A stretch of 64,000 bases of DNA. Source: Styela clava (lineage: Eukaryota). The translations under genes were made by a program, and so were the position numbers. This document shows positions 26,401-37,192 of the stretch, one piece after another (position 1 is the stretch's first letter; each line of letters starts with the position of its first letter). The stretch lies in NCBI RefSeq assembly GCF_964204865.1, contig NC_135258.1:9300001-9364000 (forward strand), in the 5' to 3' direction. The notes under the pieces were generated by a model, which saw only the letters and a list, made by a program, of their open reading frames with translations, searched no databases and was not told where the DNA came from.

Positions 26401-27720
26401 TCATGCGAAGCTCTCCAACACGAAGCCCAAGTACGAGGAGCGAGTTGGGTGTATAGAGTTAAGAATCTAAATAAGTATATCCTATATGTTTTTTTTGATT
26501 ATTTTACCTATAACTATCTTGGTAACTTGAAGGATCAGCTTGATTGGAATAAGTGGAAAGTAGTGATGAAACATCAGATGTACTAAAATTTTTGCTATCA
26601 GATGGAAGTCCGTCAGAACCTGAAAAACAAGTAAAGTTAAATAAATCAAATTTATTAACCCTTTCCGTGCGGTAGGCACGTATACGTACCAACGACAAAA
26701 GTCGCTAGATTGCGGCGGGTACGTTGATGTACTCCACTGTTTTATTTAGCAATCGGTCGCAAACTGTTGGTCTAGTTTTTCCGGATTTTAGTTTATTGAT
26801 AAGAAGTCATCTTCGAGATTAACATAAGCAGTGGTAAATCTCGCTTTCGTTTACGACGGGAATTTTATTTGCGGCGGAACGAGGGAGTGTTTTTGAAATT
26901 TATGCAAATTTTGGTGTTTTTTGGATGGTAATAGAAGACATATTATCCCTTCCATCTACCAAAGTATTTTGAGTTAGATCACGAAATTGCTACAGCAATA
27001 TTATGCTATTGTTTGCCAACCACGAAGCGGTAACAGTAAAGGATTTAGCGAATATTTCTATTTTTTATCACGGTTTGAATTTTCAACTCCCAAGAAAAAA
27101 AAATGCCTTTTTTCTATCCGGTTTGTGACTCAGACCACCCCTTTTAAAAAAAATTTTTAATCGCCAATTGCAAGCTCTTTAAATAAGCTTTCCAACGAGC
27201 CGTCAGTGGGCAGCAGAGAATCATTACTTTTTCGTTAGTCGATCGATTAGTTGTGGGGGTGCAAATGCATAAAGTCGGCGTAGCAAATACGATTATTTAA
27301 TAAAAAATAAAAATCGCATGGAAAATTACATCTTACAAAATTAAGGCATTGTCTAGCAATTTCTCATTTTTGTGATGTCATCTTTTTTACAAATATTTAT
27401 TTTATCGTTTGTTATGTTGATTATGGAGTCGAAATAAACTTATACTTATTCAAATATCCAGCAAGTGGTATTGGATTTCAGCATTTTACTAGCGATAATC
27501 TACATATTTTGTTACCTGTAAGTTTTGAAGACTCCTTTTCCAGCATAGCTGCCGTTGTTCCCAAGTTATTTTTCTTCAAAAACTGAAGAACAGCTAAAAG
27601 TGTTTTCTGATTTTCATTTGTTGGGGTCTCAGTAACCTTAGTTTCATTCGTGGTAGAAATGCATTCCGTGACTTCCATTTTAACAGGTAACGCGGGCACA
27701 TTTGCAAATACAGATTCCAT
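17484..27720 (-). CDS. TAF5: TFIID subunit TAF5, 12 exons, about 695 aa
   Basis: Exons 27720-27516, 26619-26508, 25517-25371, 24851-24689, 24195-24049, 22845-22645, 21993-21825, 21356-21209, 20685-20423, 19550-19417, 18903-18726, 17704-17484; all GT-AG and phase-consistent. LisH-like LLAVLQFLKKNNL, NTD2 YPVFVHMYLEL, WD40 repeats, C-terminal HLHFTRRNLLLA. Confidence 0.95.
17988..18583. mobile_element. Non-autonomous piggyBac-like element, intact, in the last TAF5 intron
   Basis: TTAA on both flanks (17984-17987, 18584-18587). TIR ccctttccgtgcg / cgcatggaaaggg (12/13). Confidence 0.9.
19110..19265 (+). mobile_element. Probable SINE 3' fragment
   Basis: aatctccatatacgacatgggctggtaac resembles aatcccatacctgacttggactggtaac near the 3' end of the SINE at 20876-21127. 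Confidence 0.35.
20876..21127 (-). mobile_element. tRNA-derived SINE in a TAF5 intron
   Basis: Minus strand begins ggggtgtggcgcatcgtgctaag (A-box-like) and contains gttcgaatc (B-box), followed by a non-tRNA body. Confidence 0.55.
23313..23902. mobile_element. Degenerate Tc1/mariner (pogo/Tigger-like) MITE
   Basis: TA|cagtgatatctcagaagtcgaac at the left end; reverse complement of the right end is TA|cactgatatcgtggtagttgagc. Confidence 0.5.
24455..24570. repeat. Short imperfect direct duplication (unit about 67 bp)
   Basis: gatctcactgg...cacaaaccaaagtggcac recurs as gatctcactgg...cacataccaaagtggcac. Confidence 0.5.
26659..27324. mobile_element. piggyBac-like element, copy 2, right end damaged, in TAF5 intron 1
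   Basis: Nearly identical to 17988-18583 with two extra internal segments. Left TTAA+CCCTT intact; right end stops at cgcatggaaa, without gggTTAA. Confidence 0.88.
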
Positions 27721-28189
27721 TATATCCGTTTTCTGTATACAAACCCGTATAGCTGTCCATACAAACTAGAAACGAAGCAATAAACCAATCGGATTGTAAA
27801 CCCTAAACAACGCTATTCATTCATCAAACGCGAAATACAGAATCAGAGCGCAAAACACCGGAGGTTATCTTTTGTGGCACCGTAATCGCGTCACAGGCAT
27901 TTTAAGGTAACAAGGTAACAAAAAAAAATCAAAATAGAATGAAAGATTTTTAAATTAATTAGTATTTTTTAAATAAAAAAACTTAATAAATTTTGCGCAT
28001 GTAAATCATGTTATCTGCAATTTCCTTATTTTTGAAATCATGAAAGACGCTAAAACGATACCAGTGGCATAAAATTATGACGCCTTAGTCAACACATGTT
28101 GGGTATATCATTATTTATAATGTGGGTCGCCACAACTTCGATTTGATTGCAATTTTGTGAGACTTTGATCGAGTTGACGTTGGTGGAAG
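27721..28189. promoter_or_regulatory. Divergent (likely bidirectional) promoter region TAF5/MAK16
   Basis: 469 bp between opposing start codons. Confidence 0.55.
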
Positions 28190-30632
28190 ATGCAACACGA
28201 CGATGTAAGTAATTTATTTTTCTTCAGTCACCCTAATGCCTTCAATAATCTTACAATCTACGACATGACAATCTATTGAACGTTTTTTACAGGTTATTTG
28301 GGATGTCATTGGAAACAAGCAATTTTGCTCCTATAAAGCAAAGTAAGTGTGTTTTCTGTCTAATGAATACCACCCTTCATTTCCATCAGTATGTTCAGAA
28401 CAGCTTCATTTTATAATATCTTTTTTCAGAGCAATCACATCAAAAACACAAAGATTTTGTAAAAATGAATATAATTTGACGGGACTTTGCAACAGGGGCT
28501 CATGCCCGTTGGCTAACAGCCAGTATGCTACTATAAAAGAAGAGAAAGGTTTGTAATGTAGTATTTTCACATTTCCTATAATAGCCTTATGTTGTAATAA
28601 TAAATATTTTAAAATGTTACTCTAGGTGTTTGTTATCTTTATATGAAGACAATTGAAAGAGCAGCTTTTCCTGGAAGATTATGGGAAAAAGTAAAGCTAT
28701 CAAGAAACTATGAAAAAGCATTGGAACAAATTGATGAAAATTTAGTATATTGGCCGTACTTTTTAAGACATAAGTGTAAACAACGCTTCACAAAGATATA
28801 TCAATATTTGATCAGAATTCGAAAGTTAACTTTACGAAGGCAGTAAGTATATTTATTGTAGCTCAATAAATATTTCCCAATCAATATTTTACAAAATCAA
28901 ATAATATATTTAATAAGTGTTACTGCATCGCATGAAGTTTAATTATTGACCAAACAGTCAAATTGAGGGCTTGATGGTCAGGCAATATTAGGGGAAACTC
29001 AACCTAAGCGAGTCTTCTTCAATCATCTACCATAGAAATAAGTCAACACTCTTAAAGTAAACAGCCCGAATTGAGTATTAATGATATTGAATAGAAAAAA
29101 ATCATACATGTTTGAAGAAGCGTAGTTCTTACCACTTCATGGCAGCTCCTGCCACGAATGTACTGCGGCGTCTCTTGCCATGGTTTTATGGCGCTATTAC
29201 CTGTATATTTACAAAGTCATGTACAATATTTTAGTTTATCATGCGGAAATATAACTACTTGAACCTAAACCTAACCCCAAATACATCAAAACTGTATTCA
29301 TAAATAAAGCGTTTCAACTTACCCAACATTTACATGCCGTGGTTCAGCAGCAAAATTGGTGGTATTCGATTTGCTGCCGTATCCACGGCAGCTTGCTATT
29401 GGTTTGTGGCAGCTAAAAAGTCAGTAGCGCTATTGGTCATAGCGGCTATGGATTTGCGACAGCTCTAGACGCCACAAAATACTTGAAACTGCACTTGTGT
29501 TTTAAAGGATAAATCTGTTTTTAATATTTTCAGGAAAAAATTAGTGCCTTTGAGTCGGAAAGTAGAACGAAGAGAAGCAAGGCGGGAAGTATGACTAATT
29601 TATTATTGAATTCACTTACCAAGAAAAATTCTGTTAAACTAATCATTTTTATTTCATCTTTTCAGCAAAAAGCGTTAGTTGCTGCACAATTGGAGAATGC
29701 AATAGAAAAAGAATTATTGGAAAGATTAAAGCAAGGAACGTATGGAGATATTTATAATGTATCAGTCACTGCATTTGATAGAGCTTTACAAAAAGATGAA
29801 GCCGAGTCTGAGAGTGAAGACGAGGAAGAAACTCAGGCGGTAATGTTTGTTCAAAAATGAAACTTTTGCTCTGGTATTTCCTGAGTAATCTAAATTTGAG
29901 TTATTTTCATCACAGGAGGTGGAATATGTAGCTGATGACGAAGTGGATGAAAGTGATCTAGAGGTGAGATTTATTTATATCTGTCTATTTTGTAATCAGT
30001 AACAATGAATACATGAAGTTTCGTTTAATTTCTACCTACCCTAAATTTTCAGGACTAAATATGCCTTTCCCGGCGTTGCAAAGATGTGCTTTGGCGTTAG
30101 TTAGCTCTATAGATTTTCGTATCTTTTGATGAAATAAAGCCACTCAATACATACACTAACTTTCCAAAAGTCAGGCCATGTTGGCCTCAATTGAATTTAT
30201 GCTTGCCTGTCTGTAATTCTACCTTTATGGTTTCTGACATGCTATACTACTATATGATGAAATAATCAGTGTCTTGCATATGTATATGAAAATGTCTATA
30301 AGTTGCTTGTAACTGCACGAATCTATTTATCTTTGATGTTCAAGAATTCGGATCAGTGTTGTATATGTATATTCCACTAATAATTTTCTAGCTTATGCCA
30401 AAATAAATTGCTAACAGTAAGCTAGAATATGATTGAGATTAGCAAAAATTCATGGACATGATTCTTGATATCATTCTTTCATCAGGATATTGAAGATCTG
30501 ACATCAGAAGGAGAGTCTGAAGAGGAAACCGAGAAGGAAACAAAATCTGCATCGAAAAGAAAACATTTAGAAATAGAATATGAAACTGAACCCAGTACAA
30601 GTAAAACTAAAAGAGAGGCACTAACTTTTTGA
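28190..30632 (+). CDS. MAK16: MAK16 (60S ribosome biogenesis), 8 exons
   Basis: Exons 28190-28204, 28293-28342, 28430-28548, 28626-28842, 29534-29588, 29666-29839, 29916-29963, 30486-30632. [60 protein letters not shown], acidic tail with LEIEYE. Confidence 0.95.
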
Positions 30633-30710
30633 AACACGGATTATGACAATGCTCAAAATGTGCAACTATTCCCAATGTGATGAAATACCATCTCCACGAT
30701 ATAGACTGGA

Positions 30711-33448
30711 CTAAGCAGAGGTGGCAATCAGTTGTTGGATTTTTTTGCCATATTGACTTAACGCCAGATCTGTTTCAGCTTCTAACATCTGTGCAGTCTC
30801 CTGTTTGCATAAATGATCAATATGGTATATTAAAAAAAGTGCGAGAAATTATGATTCATTTGATCCTGAAATCATGGACCTACCAGGATAAGTTCTTTAG
30901 AAAGCATTGAAAGTTTCATCGTTGTGTCAATGATGGCATTCACGATTTTCTTTTTCCCATTTTCATTGCATCCTTTCCACCTCCAATCATCATTTTCCAG
31001 GTTATAAAGTGCTCTTATTAGAAATCTTAACATTGCTTCACAGTGATGTTCTAGTCTAAGAGAATGACAAATTGTATTAGAATGATAAAGACTAGTAGTA
31101 CAGGATAGTTTTTGAATATACCTATCATCAATATAGCAGAATAATAATTGATTTTAATCTTGCGTTTAAATAGCATACATTCTCCCCCTACATTCTCTTT
31201 CATATACTTGCAAGCAGGTAAATGTAGTCCTATGATATTCGATCAGTAAGACTTCACTCACCTTGGCCATGCGGCATCAACCATTTTTGAAATTACGTCA
31301 ATGCAGCTCAACATTGTTTGAATATCGGTACTTTCTATTCCGTAATCCAGAACAATTATAATTTTCTTAATATGACCAATACTTTGAATTCCCATTCTTG
31401 ATACAAAGAAAGGCAGTGCAGAGGAATAAACTCTGGAAGGTACAGAAGATGTTTCGAATTACCAGGTCAGCCGTAGCTGTTTAATAGATGCAGACAACAA
31501 ATATCATCCAATGCTAAAAGCTAAAAATATTTGGCATATAAAGTTTGAGAAGTGACTTTCCCTGTTACTAGAACTTTCAAAAGAGATGAAAATTCTAATT
31601 TTTTGTCAACCCAATAATTTCAGGTGTACTAGGGTATTTAACTGCAGGTACTTTCTTCTTGTTTACTTTCTATTACGGATCTGTACCAGGATGCGTGACT
31701 GAGATAGTATTATGAAGATAAATAAAAATAACTTAATCTTCTTCCACGAAGCAATATCTTGTGTTATCTGAAGAAGTTAGACTGTGATCTAACTAACGAA
31801 AGCTCATAAATATACTTGATATTTTGTGGAAAGAAATTATGTTATTTTTATTTAGCAATAATTTCACCCATGATCTAATCATAATGTAATTGAGGACTAA
31901 ATGTTTATTAAAAATTCATCCTTATCAATGGTTTTATTTCGTAAATCAAATATAATTCACCTTTTCACTAAATTGTCACTCGACAAATGAAAGTTATTCA
32001 GAACAATTTCAAAGCACTCATCATGCCTTGGAATACTGCATCCACGCTTCCGCATCATTTCAGATTCTAAGCAATCCAGAGATTGCATAATACACGAAAT
32101 CAGAACTTTGGAGACGTCAGAATCTCTGGTATACAACTTTTTCACCAAGGCATCATGAATCACTTCTGCTCTCCCTCTGAACCTGAATGATTTCAACGCA
32201 GTAGTCGTTAACTTATATATTCTAAGCATTGGCTATTTCCGTCTGTATCTTACCCACCTTATTTCAGCTGGGGGGACTTCATGTAAAATGTGCTTCATAC
32301 ACTTTAGTCCCATTATTGTGTTTTTCGGAACAAAATCATCTACCATCAGTAATGTGAATGGAATGAACATGTCAAGATTTTCTGTTAGAATGTCTCCATT
32401 TGCCCTCAGCAGAAGATAAATGAAGAGTGATTTGGCAGCAGTGGACTCTTTCCATTGTTCCCTTCAAAAAATGTGAAATTTAATGATGTTCTGCATGAAA
32501 CACCACATAAAATGAAGTCTAATTGGTGTAGTATATAGTAGTCATCAAAATCTTATAATAGTATCTGTAAAGATCACTTCATATTCCTAGCTTTTAATAT
32601 AAAATTGCGGAGAATGAAGTAGATCAAGTCGAGTAATTAGTTGAACAACATTTGCATCCACTCATCATTTAATATTGATTCAATTTCTGAGCTATTTAAT
32701 GTGAAATTTAATGATGTTCTGCATGAAACACCACATAAAATGAAGTCTAATTGGTGTAGTATATAGTAGTCATCAAAATCTTATAATAGTATCTGTAAAG
32801 ATCACTTCATATTCCTAGCTTTTAATATAAAATTACGGAAAATGAAGTAGATCAAGTCGAGTAATTAGTTGAACAACATTTGCATCCACTCATCATTTAA
32901 TATTGATTCAATTTCTGAGCTATTTATGCCAACCTGTTTAGCAAGGAAACTTGCTTTTTCAATCTGCTTTTAAAAATTTCATTGCTCCTATCTTCCAGGG
33001 CGTCTCCCACGCTTCGATATCCGCCAATATTTATAAAACTCGATATTGTTTGATTTCCACATGATTCAGTGTGCCGGTCGCACCAATAGTTCACTTCTTG
33101 TTGTGTTTGAGCACAAAGTTTTATGTAATGAAAGAAACATCTGGAAAATACTTCAGTTCTATAATCTTGATCGCACGTTTCCAATTCCTTCGTAATTCCA
33201 TTTAGGACATGACATACCAAACAAGCAAGAGTACATGCTTTGGAGTTTTTCTCTTCAAGAGCACCTTTTACATGATGCTGAGGTGAGATGGAGAGACTTC
33301 CTACAAGTCGATCAACAATATCCGAAAGTTTTTGTGCATCATATAGGATGTAGCTTAGTTCTGGTTTCAGAAATTCTTTTATCTGATGGATCTTTTCATT
33401 GTTGGACACACATTGCCCCAATTTCTCTGACAACCTTGCCAAATCCAT
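30711..33448 (-). CDS. TTI2: TELO2-interacting protein 2 (TTT complex), probably 6 exons
   Basis: Exons 33448-32934, 32461-32258, 32182-31961, 31432-31262, 31055-30884, 30800-30711. The last intron is inferred; if unspliced, the stop is at 30872. FIPFTLLMVDDFVPKNTIMGLKCMKHILHEVPPAEI..GRAEVIHDALVKKLY and AWPRL resemble TTI2. Confidence 0.78.
32470..32925. repeat. Tandem duplication, 2 x 228 bp, inside TTI2 intron 1
   Basis: Units 32470-32697 and 32698-32925. I found only two substitutions (ttgcggaga vs ttacggaaa). Confidence 0.9.
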
Positions 33449-34008
33449 CAACTTATAAATTATATTTCACTAACAGAGTATAAATATATTATTGGTTATG
33501 CAAAGCCAAAAAGCATAATGTTTCAGTATTTTCTCAAAGATAACAGCTTACCAATACGAGGATAAGTCACCTAATAATATACCACCAAAATAAAGATGTT
33601 TTACGATCTGATTCTCATTACATACATGATTAATCTTGTACAAATGTGTGCTATTTATTCTTTGTTTGCAATGGGAAATTGCATTGCTGTTTGAATCCAG
33701 AAACCGTATTCGATACTACCATAGGTTGCTGGTGTATCGTTTTTATGCGCTTTGATATCCAATAAAGTGTATACCATTCCGCATAGTGTAGTCATATTCA
33801 ATTTTGTTTGTTCGTTTATCATCGGCGTCTCGTGTTATCCCGGCTTGCACTGCGACGCTTCGTTTACAATTTAAACCACGCTCCGAGTCAACAACAAATG
33901 TAACAGCAAGAGCGCGAGCGATGGATGCAAGAGTAGCCTTTTTCATTTTTTCCGTAAACCGACATCGCTGTCGCGTGAACTGCATTTGCGTTGCGAGGTG
34001 GCCGGGGA

Positions 34009-35354
34009 ATGAGGCGCGTTGCTGTCATAGGAGCGGGGGTTTCTGGGCTTTGTGCGGCCAAGCATCTCTTAAATCAATCACTGACGCCGGTTGTTTACGA
34101 AATGACTAAAAGTATTGGGGGAATTTGGGAGTATGATCCCGCGCCTTCATCTCATTGCTCCATTTATGAAAGCTTGGTTACCAATCAACCAAAACAAATC
34201 ATGGAACTTTCAGATCACAAATTCCCCAAAGACACTCCAACATTTTTGAGCCACAAGTTAGTGTTAGAGTATCTGAAAAGCTACTGCGATAAATTCAATC
34301 TGACTAATTATATCAAGTTCGGACACAAGGTAGAGCTCGTGACCCCCATAGCTCCAGGCGATGGGAACAGCGTTAGGTGGAAAGTTGAATTATTGGAATT
34401 AGAAAGTCAACGACGAATACCGAAAGAATTCGATTACGTTTTAATTTGTAATGGGCATAACACGGAACCTAACCTACCACTTATTCCCGGTGAGGAATTT
34501 TTTTGTGGGGAAATACTGCACAGCGGTTCATACCGACGTCCCCAAGAGTTTGGAGGAAAGGATGTTCTTTTGCTAGGTTCTGGACCATCTGGAGTGGATA
34601 TTGCGCTTGATGTGGCAAAGGTAGCAAGACATGTGTATCTCAGCCACAAAATATCACCACTAACCAGCAAACTACGTCCAAATATCTATGAGGTGATTAT
34701 TTTTATATGCTTCAATAATTTTATAGAACTGTACTATGTTCCACAGTTCTAAAACCAGTCTTTTATTGAATTCCTTAGATGCCAAATATTGAAAGATTCA
34801 ATGATGATGGCGAAAGCATTACATTCATTGGTGGAGAAACGAAAAAAGTATCTGTAGTAATTTATTGCACAGGATATTTATTCAACTTCCCATTTTTGGA
34901 TGAAAATTGTGGAATTCTTTATAAAAATAATCATGTAACTCCGTTGTATAAACATATAGTAAATATCAACTATAACAGCATGTTATTTATTGGAATACCT
35001 GTTAAAATTCCTGTTTTCAAAATACTAGATTTACAAGTGGCATACGCAGCTGCGTTAGTTGCAAAAAAATTTATTCTTCCTCCTAAACAGAGCATGCTTT
35101 TAGATGAGGAAAATGATTTTAATAAGCGAATACAACTAGGGTGGCCTGGTAGACATGCCCATGTAATGTCTGGAAGAGTGTTTAAATATGCTGATTACTT
35201 GTCTCATACAGCAGGTGTTGATTGTATTCCCGAAAATATAAAAAATCTATATGATTTTATATTAGATCATAGAAAAAAAAATCTGTGTTCATTTAAAAGT
35301 GAAGTTTATCGTTTAAATGAAAATAATGAATGGCAAGTGAAAAACAACGATTGA
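34009..35354 (+). CDS. Flavin-containing monooxygenase (FMO family), 2 exons, about 419 aa
   Basis: GAGVSG FAD motif, FCGEILHSGSY (FxGxxxHxxxY), GSGPSG NADPH motif, CTGY. Exons 34009-34692 and 34779-35354 (phase 0). Confidence 0.9.
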
Positions 35355-35867
35355 GTGTACTGCCCCATTGCCTCTATCTGAAACCTTTTGGTTTTGGGTA
35401 TATATGCTAAAAGCTAATCAAATCTTAATTATAGTTTGTTTTTAAATATGTGAGAATTGGAATCAATAATAAATGATCCATGATAAGCACTATCAACAAC
35501 TAGCTGGAACGTAATCATGTTTGAATCTTGACGATGATAAAGTTATTGCAGTATTCGGAAATAAAAAAAATTATTGTTCACAGTTATATAAAGTTTTAAG
35601 AATTTTACGTACAATCCTTATAATTTAAAGAAATGTATAGGGTTATTCATGCCTATATTGAAAATGAAGAAATTATCGTTCATGATTATATACCGGTATA
35701 TATGATAATTGATAATATTGTATTTTTTACTTGCTATTAACAATAATTTTCATATATAATGCTATATGTTAGATTGCATTAGAAAATCCAATAATATTTT
35801 ATACAATCCTTTAATTTTCAGTAGAATATATATGTTTTATTACATTGTGCTGAGTCCACTGAAAACA

Positions 35868-36371
35868 ATGGACAATAGCTTGGTAGTCAGACGGAAAAAG
35901 CCACGCCGTTTTCAAGAAAAATGGACTGAGAAATACATGTTTATTCCATCTGGAGGCAAGATTATATGTCTCATTTGTATGAAAGAATTATCGGTTTTAA
36001 AAGACTACAATTTGAAAAGGCATTACATGTCAAAACATGAAAAATATTCACATATGGATGTAGATTTACGTAGAAAAATGATTCTGGAACGCAAAAGTCT
36101 CATTTCCGTACAAGGATTGAAAGATGTCGAAGTACTAAGCTTAGAGAACGACAGTTTGGAAAGCATAACAAGGTACATTTGCATGATTTTAAATCTCGCA
36201 TTTAGGAAATACTAAAGTTATTGTGGTGTGCCATACCATTGAACTATACAATCAATAAAACAGATTATTAATATAGTGTTAATCGCGTAGAAAGATGTGT
36301 GTATTGATTATGGATTAGAAAGATATCAGTTTCTATCTAGATTCATTGCTGAGATTTATAGCATCGCATAA
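35868..36371 (+). CDS. Small protein consisting of an hAT/Charlie-transposase-type (GTF2IRD2/EPM2AIP1/SPIN-DOC-like) C2H2 zinc finger
   Basis: RRFQEKWTEKYMF...CLICMKELSVLKDYNLKRHYMSKH. ATG at 35868. Either unspliced to the stop at 36215, or spliced 36172^36341 to the stop at 36371 (about 111 aa). No transposase catalytic domain follows. Confidence 0.6.
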
Positions 36372-36952
36372 CGCCTAATTGATGTCATGTATATTTAACA
36401 CATATTTATTTATTTTTGTCATTCCTATGCTTGTATTTCTTAATCATTCTTTAAATGTAAATCACTGATTTCGTGCTATATTTGTTTTAAAGATTTGTGA
36501 TGTTCTTTTGTTCGCCTACCTAAGTCTCGCCCTATCTATATCCAACATGTTTTATACTTGATTTTCTCTCACGCTTGCTCTTCAGTATTCAGCTTTTCAA
36601 ATAAAATGCAGAAAACATAACAAAAAGCACACTCTCATAAACAAAGAATGTGTGAATATATAAGGAAGCATAGACTATTTTAATTCACTGTCAAAGATGC
36701 TCGAATTTCATGATTACAAATTGAATGATGTCACCCTTCAATTTGAATTATGAGCAAAAATTTTTAAAAAAGGAACATTTAAATATGACTAAGAACAAAT
36801 ATCTTAATGCCTCGGAGATTTTGCATGTAGGTCTATATTTCTTATCTTTCTGCATTTTGATTTGAAGGACAACACAATGTGATGCATGTTCTTTTTTATC
36901 TAAATCCCTATTGCTTATATATCATATTGATAAGATATTTCATACCATTATA

Positions 36953-37062
36953 GGACCTCCTGAAGCATGCGCACCAAGATGGCACACAACCTAAACTCAG
37001 GTTGTGTACCAGGTTAGGGTTCAGGTTATGCGACATTTTGGTGCACATACTTCAGGAGCACC
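36953..37062 (+). mobile_element. 110-bp hairpin MITE, copy 2
   Basis: Same family as 1488-1597. Exact 8-bp flanking duplication ccattata (36945-36952, 37063-37070). Loop contains ggttagggtt. Confidence 0.8.
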
Positions 37063-37192
37063 CCATTATACATTTATCTTTATCGAAAAAGTATAAACAA
37101 GTTAAATCAGGTTTAACAAAAGCATGACAAAAGCAGTTCACTTTTTGATTCAGAATAAATACATACTAATAAATTGATCTAATTAACTATTA

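Noticed and set aside
29964-30485. C-box-like ATGATGA in a MAK16 intron (possible snoRNA)
   Set aside because: No suitably placed downstream CTGA D box or terminal stem.
33449-34008. Search for a U13 snoRNA-like sequence, since human SNORD13 lies beside the TTI2 5' end
   Set aside because: No match to the recalled antisense element was found by eye. An Infernal/Rfam search would settle it.
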